Shown here piece after piece: positions 50,787 through 63,707 of a DNA stretch of 64,000 nucleotides. Source of the DNA: Phoronis australis. Its lineage: Eukaryota; Animalia; Phoronida. How positions within the stretch are numbered: position 1 is the stretch's first letter; every line of letters starts with the position of its first letter. The stretch lies in the NCBI GenBank assembly GCA_002633005.1, contig NMRA01000987.1:8291-72290 (forward strand). The letters are read 5' to 3'. The translations under genes were made by a program, and so were the position numbers. A model generated the notes under the pieces. It was not told the origin of the DNA. It saw nothing but the letters and a program-made list of their open reading frames with translations, and ran no database searches.

Positions 50787-52052
50787 CTACAGATATGACT
50801 CGGAATAGACCGTGTCGTCAGAGAGCTTGTTGTCGCCCTGTCCAGAGTCTGCCTCTTCGATGATGTCATTGTCGTTACGGTCAACACTGTTGTCCTCTTT
50901 AATGGCCACCATCTTGAGCGGTCGACTAGAGTTTTGGTACGGTCGTCGAGGCGAGGGCAACGTTGCAGCCATCGCCCCTGCGCTGCCCTCGTCCGCTTGC
51001 TGTTGACTCTTGGCAAGGACACGTTGGCGCAGATGTTTGATTCTCTCTTCTTTCTGTAAAGTCACAAGAAATTGTTTGATGCAAAGTCTTCCCATAAACT
51101 CCCAGAGCCCAGTTGCATAAATCAGTACCAAAAAGAACAATTGCCACTTCAGCTCAGCAGAAGTGAAAGAACGGGTCACCTGCAATGTCGTGGTGTGAAA
51201 ACGACTAAAGCAATCATCTTAAAACTAAAAGATTCAAACAGAGCCTCAAAATGCATCAAATTAATTTACGCATTAGCATATCTTTTGAGTGTCACATTCT
51301 CGAGGCACCTGTTGTCCCATAAAACTGAATATGAAACCCCACAAATTGTCAGGTCATGTGACCTCCTCGTGTCGTCTGCTCACCTCTGATATCTTCTTCT
51401 TCAGCTCTTCATTCTCATCGCACAGTCTTTTATATTTCTCGTCATCCTGTTTAAGCTTCTCCACCTCTGACAACAACGACGCCTCATTCGCCTGGTCGCA
51501 AGGGTGCTTTACTATGTACATGATCTGGACAGAAACACGTATCACATGACTTTGACAACACATATGGAGAGGTAGCTCAACTGTAATGCTGGCGAAAACT
51601 CACCTTATGACAACACATATGAGTATAAAAGAGTTCTACATGTTTCCCACTTGAATTTATTTTTGCACTCAGTAACGTATAAAGCAAACGATTATACCAT
51701 CACCATTTTGTTACATGCATGGCTGATGTAGCCACGTCTGAAGGAATAATCTTCCAAAACATCAACATGTATACAACAATAACGCATTAGTATCCTTGGT
51801 AAAGGGGGCAACTGAAAAAAATATATTGCGCAAGGATATAATTCATACGTGGTTAAAGAGAGTAGCATTAACAAGTCTTTTATACGCAGCACACATTTAG
51901 CCAGCACGCCTAGCAACACAAACCTTGGGCACAAATATCAGACCCAGACTGAGGACACTGCACAGGATGATCGCCAAGGCAACGAATGCAAAGCTGGCGT
52001 CTTGTTGGCTGCTAATTACCAAGGTGACTGGACCAGTAATGATACACAGCAC
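50787..52052 (-). CDS. GABBR1: Second copy of the last three GABA-B receptor 1 exons (52052-51924, 51524-51384, 51053-50787); likely haplotypic duplicate
   Basis: Same translation as the copy at 56223-53433, with intact splice sites. The coding differences seen are synonymous. Confidence 0.6.
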
Positions 52053-53432
52053 CTAGAAAGAGCAAGACCGGTAGGTAGGACTGAATGGACTCAGAATATA
52101 GTAGACAACTGGCACTATTCTTCAATTGACCTATCACAAGCTCCGTCCACTTGCGAAATGTCGACAAAACAACAATAAATTTTACCCGACAACGTGTTGT
52201 TTGTTGGGTAAAATGGCAGCTTGAAAACGAAGGTGTGTTAAGAATGCTGCATTCTGATTGGTCAGTTAAGCCATCGCTCCAAATCCTGGCAATAGCTCAA
52301 TTACCTACAATCAGGGTAGTGACATACAGTTAATGTAATCTTACTAGCACACCCAGCTAAAGATTAATTATGATTCATACTGCACTGACTAAAACCAATG
52401 GCCCAGTTGTCATATCCAGCTCTACAAAAAGACCCATAGATACATTGCCATGTTAGCTTTATTTCTGGCTTATTCTCAACACTGGTACTGTCATGCAGGA
52501 TATTTTGGGTTCATTCATATAATACAGAGCTGGAGCAAAAGCAAAAACTCATTTCGTATAGTTTCTCATTATCTAAGCTCAATTGGGCAGCCGGGTGTAA
52601 TTAAAATTGTCTATGTTATTCACACAAATGTTCAAAGCACTTGTCATATCAACTAAAATGCAGATCTTGAATGTGGTAACAGAGGGGGGGGGGGNTAATG
52701 GCATACCACCAAAACCCTGTAAAATGTGGGAATGAGATTCGTACATAGAACATGGTTAGTAATAAGATTAAAATATCTTATACCAATGCCTTTACAAAGA
52801 AATATCACAAGAACCTGAGAAATAAATACAAAATTTAAGTTTGATTTTCGAATTTTCTAGACACCTGAAGTGACAACACACAAAAGCCCCGTTTCTTCTA
52901 TTTAGAGGATAGCGTCATAGAAAAGTGGAAATCCCACTTTCTTTAATTTCACAACAAAAATACACAACATTGCTACGGGTTTTACTGATCTTGTTTCCAT
53001 GGCAATAGCGTAATGATAGGGTCTTCACTACCATGCATCTGATTGATTTCTTATTTTGAGATTTTTAAAACTCTTTTTATCATGTCTAGAGATAACTTAA
53101 AACCTAAGTAGGGAGCATGATATGACCAGTTTTATGCAGTGGGCAGCCTAAATCACAGGTTCAATTTTCAGTAGCTTTAAATTAAAACTACAACTCTGAT
53201 TACAAGCAGTTAACATCACATTGCACACAGTATTTCATTTCCAATTTGAAGAATGGTCATTTCACCAACTAATGTATTCAGTCACTTTTACTGAAAATCG
53301 GCCAAAAGGGTTCAAAATATGATTTGTAGAAAGTAAAATATGACAAACTGATCATAACTGCCTTCAAATAGGACATCATGCCCCTTAGAATAGTTATAAA
53401 AAACACAACTGCACCCCATCTGAACCAAATGC

Positions 53433-56400
53433 CTACAGATATGACTCGGAATAGACCGTGTCGTCAGAGAGCTTGTTGTCGCCCTGCCCAGAGTCTGCCT
53501 CTTCGATGATGTCATTGTCATTACGGTCAACACTGTTGTCCTCCTTAATGGCCACCATCTTGAGCGGTCGACTAGAGTTTTGGTACGGTCGCCGAGGCGA
53601 TGGCAACGTTGCAGCCATCGCCCCTGCGCTGCCCTCGTCCGCTTGCTGTTGACTCTTGGCAAGGACTCGTTGGCGCAGATGTTTGATTCTCTCTTCTTTC
53701 TGTAAAGTCACAAGAAATTATTTGATGCGAAGTCTTCCCATAAACTCCCAGTGCCCAGTTGCATAAACCAGTACCAAAAAGGGACTCAACTTTTAAGTTC
53801 ATAAAAATCTTTTGTGTATCTGTGTCATTCTTTACTCATGGATGTTTCTATCATTTATCTTAATTATGAGGTCCTCTTTGATGAATGACATTTTCTAGTA
53901 ATACATTAAAAACTATGCCATTCAATGAATAAATAAGGACTTCGTCCTTAAATTCGGTACGGTGCATTATTTTTAATACTGTTAGAATTCAACGTAAAGT
54001 TCACTCTCGATTTCCATCAAAGCCAAAATTTGACTTGGCAATGAAACTAAAATAACATGCCAAATGACAATAAGTGTTTTCAGAAGCCCACAAATGCACA
54101 GTAGATTTAGGGAACTTAGTTGAATCCCTATTAGGGACTGTTTCATCCAACCGCCCATAAGATTCTAAGTAGACATGGCCCACTTTCATTCAATTAAAAT
54201 TCTACACAAAATTACAAAATGTTTCTACAGACAAAATCCCCCCATAATTCACTTGTCACTGACACATTATGGAAAGTGCTCTATTTCACTACCTGCAAGT
54301 CACCAATGCGACTTCAGATTGTGTTTAGCGACCTGGGGAAAATCCTACGTCACCACGAAGTCGCTACAGCGAGTATTAAAGTCAGACATTAATTACCCTG
54401 AAATTCATTTCAAAATTTGTGGAGACTTTCAAACTTTAAACTACTAAAAGTTGTCATTAAGTTTGGTTCACAATTTCGTGAAATCAGTGCATTTGCTTCC
54501 TGTAAGCAGTCAGCACTCATCAAAAGCGCAACAGGAAGTAAACAGACGAAAGCGGGAAGTGTTTGGCAAAAATCGGGCGAGGTCGGACAATGAAACAAAA
54601 CTGCGCCTCCAGTGTTTTCCATCATCAACGTTCTACGTTGGCAAGAGGAATTGTGTTAGAGAATGAATTGAACGGTGCATATTATTACGGAGAGAAATGG
54701 AAGAGGTATGCATAATTTCTTTAGAACATAGTGCGGAGTGACGTTATTTATTTTATGATTTTGACGTCAGTTTTGGCAACCTCAAATTTCGTTTAGCGAC
54801 TTGGTATTTTCGCCAAGACACATTTGGCGACTAGGCTTCAAGGTAAACATCCAGCACTGATGGACTATCAACTTTTCATTAGATTTTTTTGGAAATGTAC
54901 TCCAAAACAAAAATCATACTCTGGAGAGTCTCACATCTTATACCAGAGCTCGTGTGCTCAAATGGCCTGCTCAGATCACCTTCTCAGATTTCCTGTTTTA
55001 ATTGCAAGCTCAAATCATCAGCTCAGATAGCTCGCTAATGTCATCTCATTTGCTCAGACTGTCTACGCAAACTACCCGCTCAAACCATCTGCTCAGATGA
55101 TCCACTCATATCGTCTGCCGAGACTACTCGCTTAAACCATCTAAAACCATTTGCAAAGACAACAACTCCCTATCGTCTGTTCAAATGTGCTGAGTCTCAT
55201 CCACAGCTCTGATGTCGTTGTTCACATTGTAGAACAGTTATCAGCTCATCAACATACAGTGACATTATGATAACAGATAACTTGGTGACATGTAAACAAT
55301 ACCATGAAAAAGAACAATTGCCACTTCAGCTCAGCAGAATTGAAAGAATGGGTCACCTGCAAAGTGGTGGTGTGAAAATGACTAAAGCAACCATCTTAAA
55401 GCTAAAAGATTCAAACAGAGCCAAGAAATGCATCAAATTAATTTACGCATTAGCATATCTTTTGAGTGACACATTCTCGAGGCATGTGATGTCCCATAAC
55501 ACTGAATATGAAACCCCACAAATTGTCGGGTCATGTGACCTCCTCGTGTCGTCTGCTCACCTCTGATATCTTCTTCTTCAGCTCTTCATTCTCATCGCAC
55601 AGTCTTTTATATTTCTCGTCATCCTGTTTAAGCTTCTCCACCTCTGACAACAACGACGCCTCATTCGCCTGGTCGCAAGGGTGCTTTACTATGTACATGA
55701 TCTGAACAGAAACACGTATCACATGACTTTGACAACACATTTGGAGAGGTAGCTCAACTGTAATGATGGCGAAAACTTACCTTATGACAACACATTATGA
55801 GTATAAAAGAGTTCTACATGTTTCTCACTTGAATTTATTTTTGCAGTCAGTAACGTATAAAGCAAACGGTTATACCATCACCATTTTCTTATGGTTGATG
55901 TAGCCACGTCTGAAGGAATAATCTTCAACACATCAACATGCATACAACAATAACACATCAGTATCCTTGGTAAAGGGGGCAACTGAAAAAAATATATTGT
56001 CCAAGGATATAATTCATACTTCGTTAAAGAGAGTAGCATTAACAAGTCTTTTATACGTAGCACACATTTAGCCAGCACGCCTAGCAACACAAACCTTGGG
56101 CACAAATATCAGACCCAGACTGAGGACACTGCACAGGATGATCGCCAAGGCAACGAATGCAAAGCTGGCGTCTTGTTGGCTGCTAATTACCAAGGTGACC
56201 GGACCAGTAATGATACACAGCACCTACAAAGAGCAAGACCAGTAGGTAGGACTGAATGGACTCACAATATAGTAGACAACTGGCACTATTCTTCAATTGA
56301 CCTATCGCAAGCTCCGTCCACTTGCGAAATGTCGACAAAACAACAATAAGTTTTACCCGGCAACGTCTTGTTTGTCGGGTAAAATGGCAGCTTGGAAACG

Positions 56401-59400
56401 AAGGTGTCTTAAGAATGCTGCGTTCTGATTGGTCAGTTAAGCCGTCACTCCAAATCATGGCAATAGTTCAGTTACCTAGTCAGGGTAGTGGCAGTCAGTT
56501 TATGTAATCTTACTAGCACACCCAGGTAAGGATTAATTACGATTCATACTGCACTGACTAAAACCAATGGCCCACTTGTCATATCTAGCTCTACAAAAGG
56601 ACGGATGGATACATTGCCTTGTTAGCTTTATTTCTGGCTTATTCCAACTCTCAGCACTGGTACTGTCATGCACAATATTTTGGGTCCAGTCATATAATAG
56701 AGAGCTCAATATGGTGAAAAAGGAAAAATTTAGTTTGTATAATTTCTCATTATCTAAGCTCAATTGGGCCGCCAGGTGTAAATAAAATTTTCTTTGTTGT
56801 TCACACAAATGTTCAAAGCACTTGTCATATTAAATAAAAAATGCAGATCTTGGATGTGGTAAGAAGGGGGGAGGCGCAATCACAATTTTTGAAGGGAAAA
56901 CCACCGCAGAAGCCCTAAAAACGGCCCACCGACGGAGTTTTGTGGTTATGTCAATTAGGGGAGCTCCTAACTTACCTAAGAGACCAACACAATATTTTAC
57001 TGAACAGAAAGAGGAATAAAAGTGTTCAGAGTGCAGCAATTTCAGACGGTTGAGGGCATATCTCATCAATATGAACGTGTAAAGTAAACATTCTCCAGTT
57101 TGGCAAAGTTTCTAAAATTTGGACACTGAACTTCAAGCCAAAATTGAATTTGTTTTTTAAATCTGAATATTGGCACATGGTTGAATTTGGCATCTATAGA
57201 ATTTCTGAAATATTTCACACTCCTCATTTTATCAACAGAATCTGAAAAATATACTTGGCAGTTGACAAAATCATCAAAAATGGCCACCTACGCAACGTCT
57301 TCACGAATTCCTGTAGAGTGTAACATCGAGATGAATTGTTGGTTGTTGCTGATCATAATTTGGACAGCCACCATTGACTATTTCTAAACTTTGGTACACA
57401 CGCCAACTTTGATCAATGAATTTTTCAGTGTGTCCCAAACTGAAGAATTTTTACCGTAGTAAACACAGTTTCCCGAGGACAGACGAGGACCTAACTTACC
57501 ACTACGTTATAAATACTCATGCCGACAAATCGCGAGTCGTTGATCTCCTTCATCTTAACACTCCTCGTTTCATAGGCCAAGAATATGCCAAATAGAAGTA
57601 GGAGTCCCTTGTAGCTGTAGACAATACCTGGAACAGAACAAATTAAAAGGACATTACCCGCTTTACGGCTGCAAAATACAGACTGGAGATTATTGTTGGA
57701 GGTTTAACTTTGACCTATAAAACAACAAAATCCATGGTTTTGCCATTTTATTACAAATCGCAATTTTTGCCATGATTATCTGTCAGACATTGGTCCAAAT
57801 CAAGGCTTGTGACTACCAAATAAATACGTTTAACATATCCTACAATTTATTCAGTAGAATTTAGCTCCGCCAACCAAGTTTTGGCCTTGAGCAAAGTAAT
57901 TAATTGGTCACTGTCCCAAATAGGAGAATGTTTACTACAGACGGCGACCATGGCACTTGCAGGTACAATTTCATGTCAATGCCAATCTCAGAAAATCATT
58001 TTTCTTATCGATAATTTCATTACAAGGGAACGCGAAGCATAGTGTTTGAAAAACCTTTAACTAAAATCTTTTTTATATGGCAAACTACAATGCAGACAAT
58101 CATATGCATCATGGCCTGGACTTTCACTACGGGCTTGGCTATTCAAAACCCATAGGGTGTAATAAAACCATTATCTTCTAAGCCAGGAACATAAACCCTT
58201 TAAGATAAGTTTACAAAATACACAGTCCAACTGGGACAGTTGTATGACTAAGAGCAGGGTTTACAAAGGAATTCTACTTTCACTGACCTCGCTTGTCAAC
58301 TTCAAAGGCCTATTGTGTGTGAACAGCATCCATGATTTATAACTCCCTGCAAAATTCTAAAGCCATTCTGCTAATAAGTCACCCCCATCAAGCCCAAAAA
58401 GTTAACCGAATAAAAGTTTAAAAAGTGCGACAAGCCACATAAGATCGAAGACAGGCAGAGAATAATTACACTACATAAATTCATGTTATAACTATTAATA
58501 ACCCTTACCAATCCAGACAGTGAGATTCTTTGCGCTGCAGTGCTCTAACTGAGGCAGAATCATAATGTCGTCGTCTTGGTTATCCGGCTCCTCCAATGGG
58601 AAGTCCTCCAGCTCGCGGAACATCGGGTCAACGGCGTGCCAGACGCTGAACACAATGGCGTCTATGAGCAGCAGCACCCCGAGTACCAGATACAGCTCCC
58701 ACGAATGCACAGACTGAAATTGTAATAATTACTCTCAAACAAACATGTCTTAAACCTATTTAGTGCTCGCTAAACTTAACATTCATGTCAGCCAACTCCT
58801 GAAGGTTTTTAAGAAATTCAGAATACCATTGGGAATGTAAAACACATGTTTATACCAAGACGTTTCACTTGTAAGGTTACATAGCACAAGTAAAGAAACC
58901 TGTCAATTGTTCGAAGTGACCCATCCCATGAGATGTGGCATTTGAAAGCAAATTACAGCTAATTCAACTATTATTTTGGGACATTCTATATTCAAATGAA
59001 ATCCCCATTACACAGCTGAATTGGCCAAAAACAATGAGATTTTTGAAAAAAAAAATCATTTTAATTGAGAATACCTCCTAAGTGAACATAAATTTTACTT
59101 AAAGCATCACTAAATCCATGCTTCCTGTCAAAAAAAACAATTGCTGATTTAGGTCATTTACGTTGTTTACAAAACTGGCCTCGTCTTGTTCTTCACATGA
59201 TTTAAAAGTTTTCATCAGGATCTCCAATATGTGAACATCAGTATTTCAATTGACCTATCGCAAGCTCCGCCCCCTAGCGAAATGTCAACAAACAAACAAT
59301 AATTAGGTTAATTCGGCAACATGTCGTTGAATGGGTAAAATGGCAGGTTGGAAACAAAGGTGTGTCAAGAATGTTACGTTCTGATTGGTCAGTTCAGCCA

Positions 59401-62400
59401 TCACTCAAAATCCTGGTGACAGATCAATTGTAAGGAACCATCAGCTCTTTCTAAGACCAGAAATCACACGTATTTGAACTAAGGAACAATTTGAGACCAA
59501 TGGCAAGTGGCCAAACCAAAATTTGTTTTTTTGCAGAAAGACTTTAGTTAGTACAGCTTTAATATGTTCATTATCTTGATAATTTTCTTTAATTTAGAGT
59601 ATATTTCAATCATATTCATTATCTTTTACTATAACATCGGAATTTGTACAGAGCTTTCTTGTAGTCAGGCCAAATCAAATATGGTTCAGGAAACACCCAC
59701 GAGGTGTCCCTTTGCTTCTAGTTTTTGGCCAACGCTCGCTTGCATTCACCTCACAAGCCTGCCATCGTCATGGAAACACTTACGGCGCTCTTCTTTTTGC
59801 TGGTGGTCAGTCGGTGCACGGTCCAGATTTTGGAGAACATTCCTCCATAAGACAGTGTAAAGCCAAAGCCAAGCAGCCATACTCGAGTCTGTGAACAGAA
59901 TAAATGAGAACAGACGAATAGGAATAAATTATCAAAGGGTGGGAACAAATCCATAACCACACAGTAAAACTCTCGTCTCGGACCAGCGGACATGAAACCT
60001 GCCGTGTAAATCCCCACACGAGCACACCTAAACCACACACTAACACAGAAAACGATTCATACCTAGTGAATACCTAGTGACCAAATTCCACAGCCAGAAT
60101 TTAGAGGGACGGTCATGGAGTTGTTTTCACCCCTTGACTACGTAATACCACAAACTTAGTTTTCAAATAAAATGCAGAAGAATTTTCATCAAGCTAGTAT
60201 GTTAGGACATCTATGTGTTTCAGAAGCAAGAAGGAATAATTCAAAACTTAAAATAAGGCAATTAACAGCCTTCCAGTTGTGTCAATGTTACGTGAAAAAC
60301 AGTGAGACACGAGGGTGTCAAATAGAAAAACAACTGCATACAGTACATCCCAAAAGTGCTCAGACAAAATGTCCCAGAATTCCCCCATCATGACCGGTGG
60401 GCAGAAGACATTGTCAGAGTGGCATTCTCTCGTGACCACAAATGAAGGAGAATGAACAGACTAGTAAGTCAGCTAAGACATTGTGTAATAAGATTTTTGC
60501 TGTTGCTAGAGTCATTACAAATTGTTTCACAGTTAACAGAATTTTTTAGTTGTCATAACGGGAAACAGTATTTTGACATCTTGTACTGTATTTGTCCAGA
60601 ACGAGTAATTACAATAAAATTAATACAGCCATCACATGACATTCTATATGTGCTTGAATATTATGACCTCATGAACATTGTAAAACCATTGAGTTACCTG
60701 GCAGAGGATGGGGTAGATGTCCTCGGTCACAAACTGACCGTCTAAGCCTTGAAGGAATATACAAAAGAAACAGAGCATGCAGCCTGCTACCACAACCATG
60801 TTGATCTCGGGACGTGATAGGTGGATGTACCTGTCAATCAAATATGGAACCACTAATACTGAATCAAAACAATATGGATGTTTTAGTGATTACAATTGGT
60901 CGGACTTCACAACCAGCTGGCTGGACTGCAAAACCTAATGGCCAGTGTTCGAATTTGGTGGTTGGACCTCAAAACAGGTTGGCCGGTACCTCAAAACCAG
61001 ATGGCTGCACCCAAAGAACTGGTTGGCCGGTGCTCAAACACAATGGATGAAAAAATGCGGATTTTGAACAAAACAAACGGGTACAAAAAATAAACTCTAA
61101 AGGTCACTTGAATCCTTCGAGACATTCAAAGAAAGTCTGAGGAAGTCCGATCGTCGTGTTTGATCACCGGCCAACTGGTTATAGCACCGGCCATCAGGCT
61201 TTGGGTACAGCCAACTAGTTTTTGGAGTGAGGCCATGGCGTTTGATCACCAGCCATTTGGAGTGAGGCCATGGCGTTTGATCACCAGCCATTTGGAGTGA
61301 GGCCATGGCGTTTGATCACCAGCCATTTGGAGTGAGGCCATGGCGTTTGATCACCAGCCATTTGGAGTGAGGCCATGGCGTTTGATCACCAGCCATGTGG
61401 TGTCGCAGTCCAGCCGACTGGTTTTTGGAGTGAGGCCATGACGTTTGATCACCAGCCATTTGGTGTCGCAGTCCAGCCGACTGGTTTTGATGTCCGAGCA
61501 ATTGTTGATTCCCCCTTGCACTATTATGATGCCATTTGGACCCACAAATAGGAATACGAATGCAGTCACGTCACTCTTTCAAAACTTTTGCAGGACTGTG
61601 ATTTTTTCCGATTTAGGTAACCACAGTGGCAATTTAGAACTTAGAAAATTTTTTAAATTTTTGTTTGGATCAACTGGTGTGCTCCGACAACGGGCGCAGC
61701 CATCCGGGTAAATTGAAAAGGATTAAAACTAACTGGGTCCTTAGCCAGGTAATAATTTTCGAACTTCTCACTAATTTACAGCACGACGGAAATCTGGCCC
61801 AACTGTTATTGTCGCTTTTAATTTTGGCATTTTAACGTTACTCGGCTGTGTCCAAAACGTCAAAATCACATCATACTATACAAAAGATTGGCATTCATTC
61901 AAAATACACTTTTCTTTATGTACAAAATCAGCAACCATCGTTGCCATTGTGAAAAAAATATGGGATCTCATAGTAGTAATTTTTGCGATTGGTTGTTGCG
62001 ATTGTTGTTGTTGATGTTGCTATAATATTTATTGCTGATGTTGGCGAAGGTATTGGACTGTTGGTGTTGTAATCAATGTCGTGGTTGATGCAGTAGTTGA
62101 TAACGCGATTCTCGTTGCCAACATTGTTGCGTTAAAATATCACCAATTTCAGACAAAAAAATAATTGCTAAAATCCCATTCCTTCTCCAAGGGCATTGAG
62201 CACTGCTGTGAACGCCTGCAATTTCTCAATTTCTGCAATTTCTGGTAGCTATTATACAGAAGTTGAATATGGAAAAGCATTAATTTGGTACAACCATCTT
62301 CATGGAAAAAATGAGAAAATAAAATTTCACTGACAAGAATCCTGAAATCTTCTTTTGATATAAATTGAAGGGTAGCTAAACAAGCTATCTTGTGTGCTCA

Positions 62401-63082
62401 CACTTCACTTATATAGTCCTTCACTTATATAGTCTTTCACATATATAGTCCTACACTTATATAGTCCTTCACTTATATAGTCCTACACTTATATAGTCCT
62501 ACACTTATATAGTCCTACACTTATATAGTCCTACACTTGTATAGTCCTACAATTATATAGTCCTAGGGTCCATTCCAAGAAACTGACTTAAATTCATTTT
62601 TGACTTAAGCCCAAGATTTGTCTTAACTTCTAAACTTTGAAATTTCCATACGTGGTAAGATAGTCAAACTTAAGACAAAGCATATTTCAAACACTTGAGT
62701 TAAACTGAAACGGTTTTGAGACACATATGAAATTTATGTCAGAGTTTACTAAAATTTAAGACTTGTCTTAGCTAAGTCACTTTTGCTGGAACGAGCCCTA
62801 GTCTGCAGAAGTGATTGGTGAAGTTTTCTTTCTCTCATAACTACAATACACACCTGCGGTCCCTGTGCACGTAGTTAAAGACCATACAGGCAGCGCCTGC
62901 AAGTATACCAATGGCGGCCAGACTGCTCATGGCAACGAACAGTCCCAGTGAGATGACCCGCAGTTGCTTCTCCTTGCGCATGCGGTCTTGCGGAGGTTTA
63001 CCGCCGACCCATCGTTCTATGCCGAACCACGTCAAGTTATCCGCGTTGTAGTCATAGAAACCAATCTTCTTGTAAACACCAT
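53433..63082 (-). CDS. GABBR1: GABA-B receptor subunit 1 (class C GPCR), 3' part; exons 63082-62854, 60830-60698, 59888-59784, 58713-58509, 57627-57500, 56223-56095, 55701-55561, 53699-53433; 5' exons lie beyond the window
   Basis: [68 protein letters not shown] and [15 protein letters not shown] (R1-type), followed by a C-terminal coiled coil. All introns are GT-AG and in phase. Confidence 0.93.
56294..56474 (+). mobile_element. ~180-bp CAATTGACC-terminated MITE family copy (duplicated at 52123-52303)
   Basis: Aligns along its length with 59247-59430 and 63528-63707. Confidence 0.65.
59247..59430 (+). mobile_element. ~180-bp MITE family copy
   Basis: CAATTGA...TCAATTG termini, with the internal GCAAGCTCCGCCCC..GCGAAATGTC..ATTGGTCAGTT shared with the other copies. 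Confidence 0.7.
60892..61505. mobile_element. Foldback-type element with modular inverted arms and an internal 35-bp tandem array
   Basis: Termini ACAATTGGTCGGAC / GTCCGAGCAATTGT flanked by the direct repeat TGATT. The inner arms are also reverse-complementary. Confidence 0.75.
61223..61397. repeat. 35-bp minisatellite x5
   Basis: TGGAGTGAGGCCATGGCGTTTGATCACCAGCCATT starts at 61223, 61258, 61293, 61328 and 61363, with no spacers. Confidence 0.92.
62404..62563. repeat. 16-bp minisatellite x10
   Basis: T(T/A)CACTTATATAGTCC in ten tandem copies. Confidence 0.92.
62566..62798. mobile_element. Harbinger-like MITE
   Basis: Imperfect TIR GGGTCCATTCCAAGAAACTGACTTA / TAAGTCACTTTTGCTGGAACGAGCCC, flanked by TA. 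Confidence 0.55.
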
Positions 63083-63527
63083 CTGTAAAGAAAGTCAACA
63101 ACATTCGTGATGATTTCATCAACCGAGTGACAGTGTTCAGCATTTGGAACCTCAAGTAAAGAAAGTAAAGCCCCAGGGTCTCTCTTCACTTGATAGCAGT
63201 AACAATGGGAGCTGTTTAGTCTGCCCAGAATAAAAACGTTGATTTAGAAATGATGCGACATATGAGAAAAGTTATTACAGACCCATGTCTCCATAATAAG
63301 ATATAACACTATAACAGCAATTAGATTTGAGGTCATAAAAATATAGTCACATGTCACTGGGAAACCCATTCTGGACACTCACTTTTTAAATCCTGTATTG
63401 CAATGTCTGTAATATATAAAAATTCCTTTAATATTTTTACCTGCTATCAAAGACAGTCAGTCCTTATACTAGAGATAATTCCCATAAACTGGCAGCTGCT
63501 CTAAGACTGACTCGTGCCCCGTGTTAA

Positions 63528-63707
63528 CAATTGACCTTTCGCAAGTTCCGCCCCTTGCGAAAAGTCAACAAACAAACAACAAGTTTTACCCAGCATCGTG
63601 TTGTTTGTCAGGTAAAACGGCGGCTTGGAAACGAAGGTGTGTCAAGAATGCTGCATTCATATTGGTCAGTTAAGCCGTCACTCAAAATCCTGGCAACAGG
63701 TCAATTA
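63528..63707 (+). mobile_element. ~180-bp MITE family copy
   Basis: TIR AATTGACCT / AGGTCAATT and the same body as 59247-59430. Confidence 0.7.

Larger units (their letters stand above)
50021..56870. repeat. Tandem duplicate of the GABBR1 3' end (50021-52694 vs 52696-~56870), joined at an N; probably allelic haplotypes
   Basis: Both copies begin TAATGGCATACCACCAAAACCCTG and end near GTGGTAA..GGGGGG. The junction is a G-run plus n at 52695. Confidence 0.9.

Noticed and set aside
61223-61490. 35-bp repeats of CRISPR-like length
   Set aside because: The units are contiguous with no unique spacers, there are no cas genes, and the context is a eukaryotic intron. This is a minisatellite.
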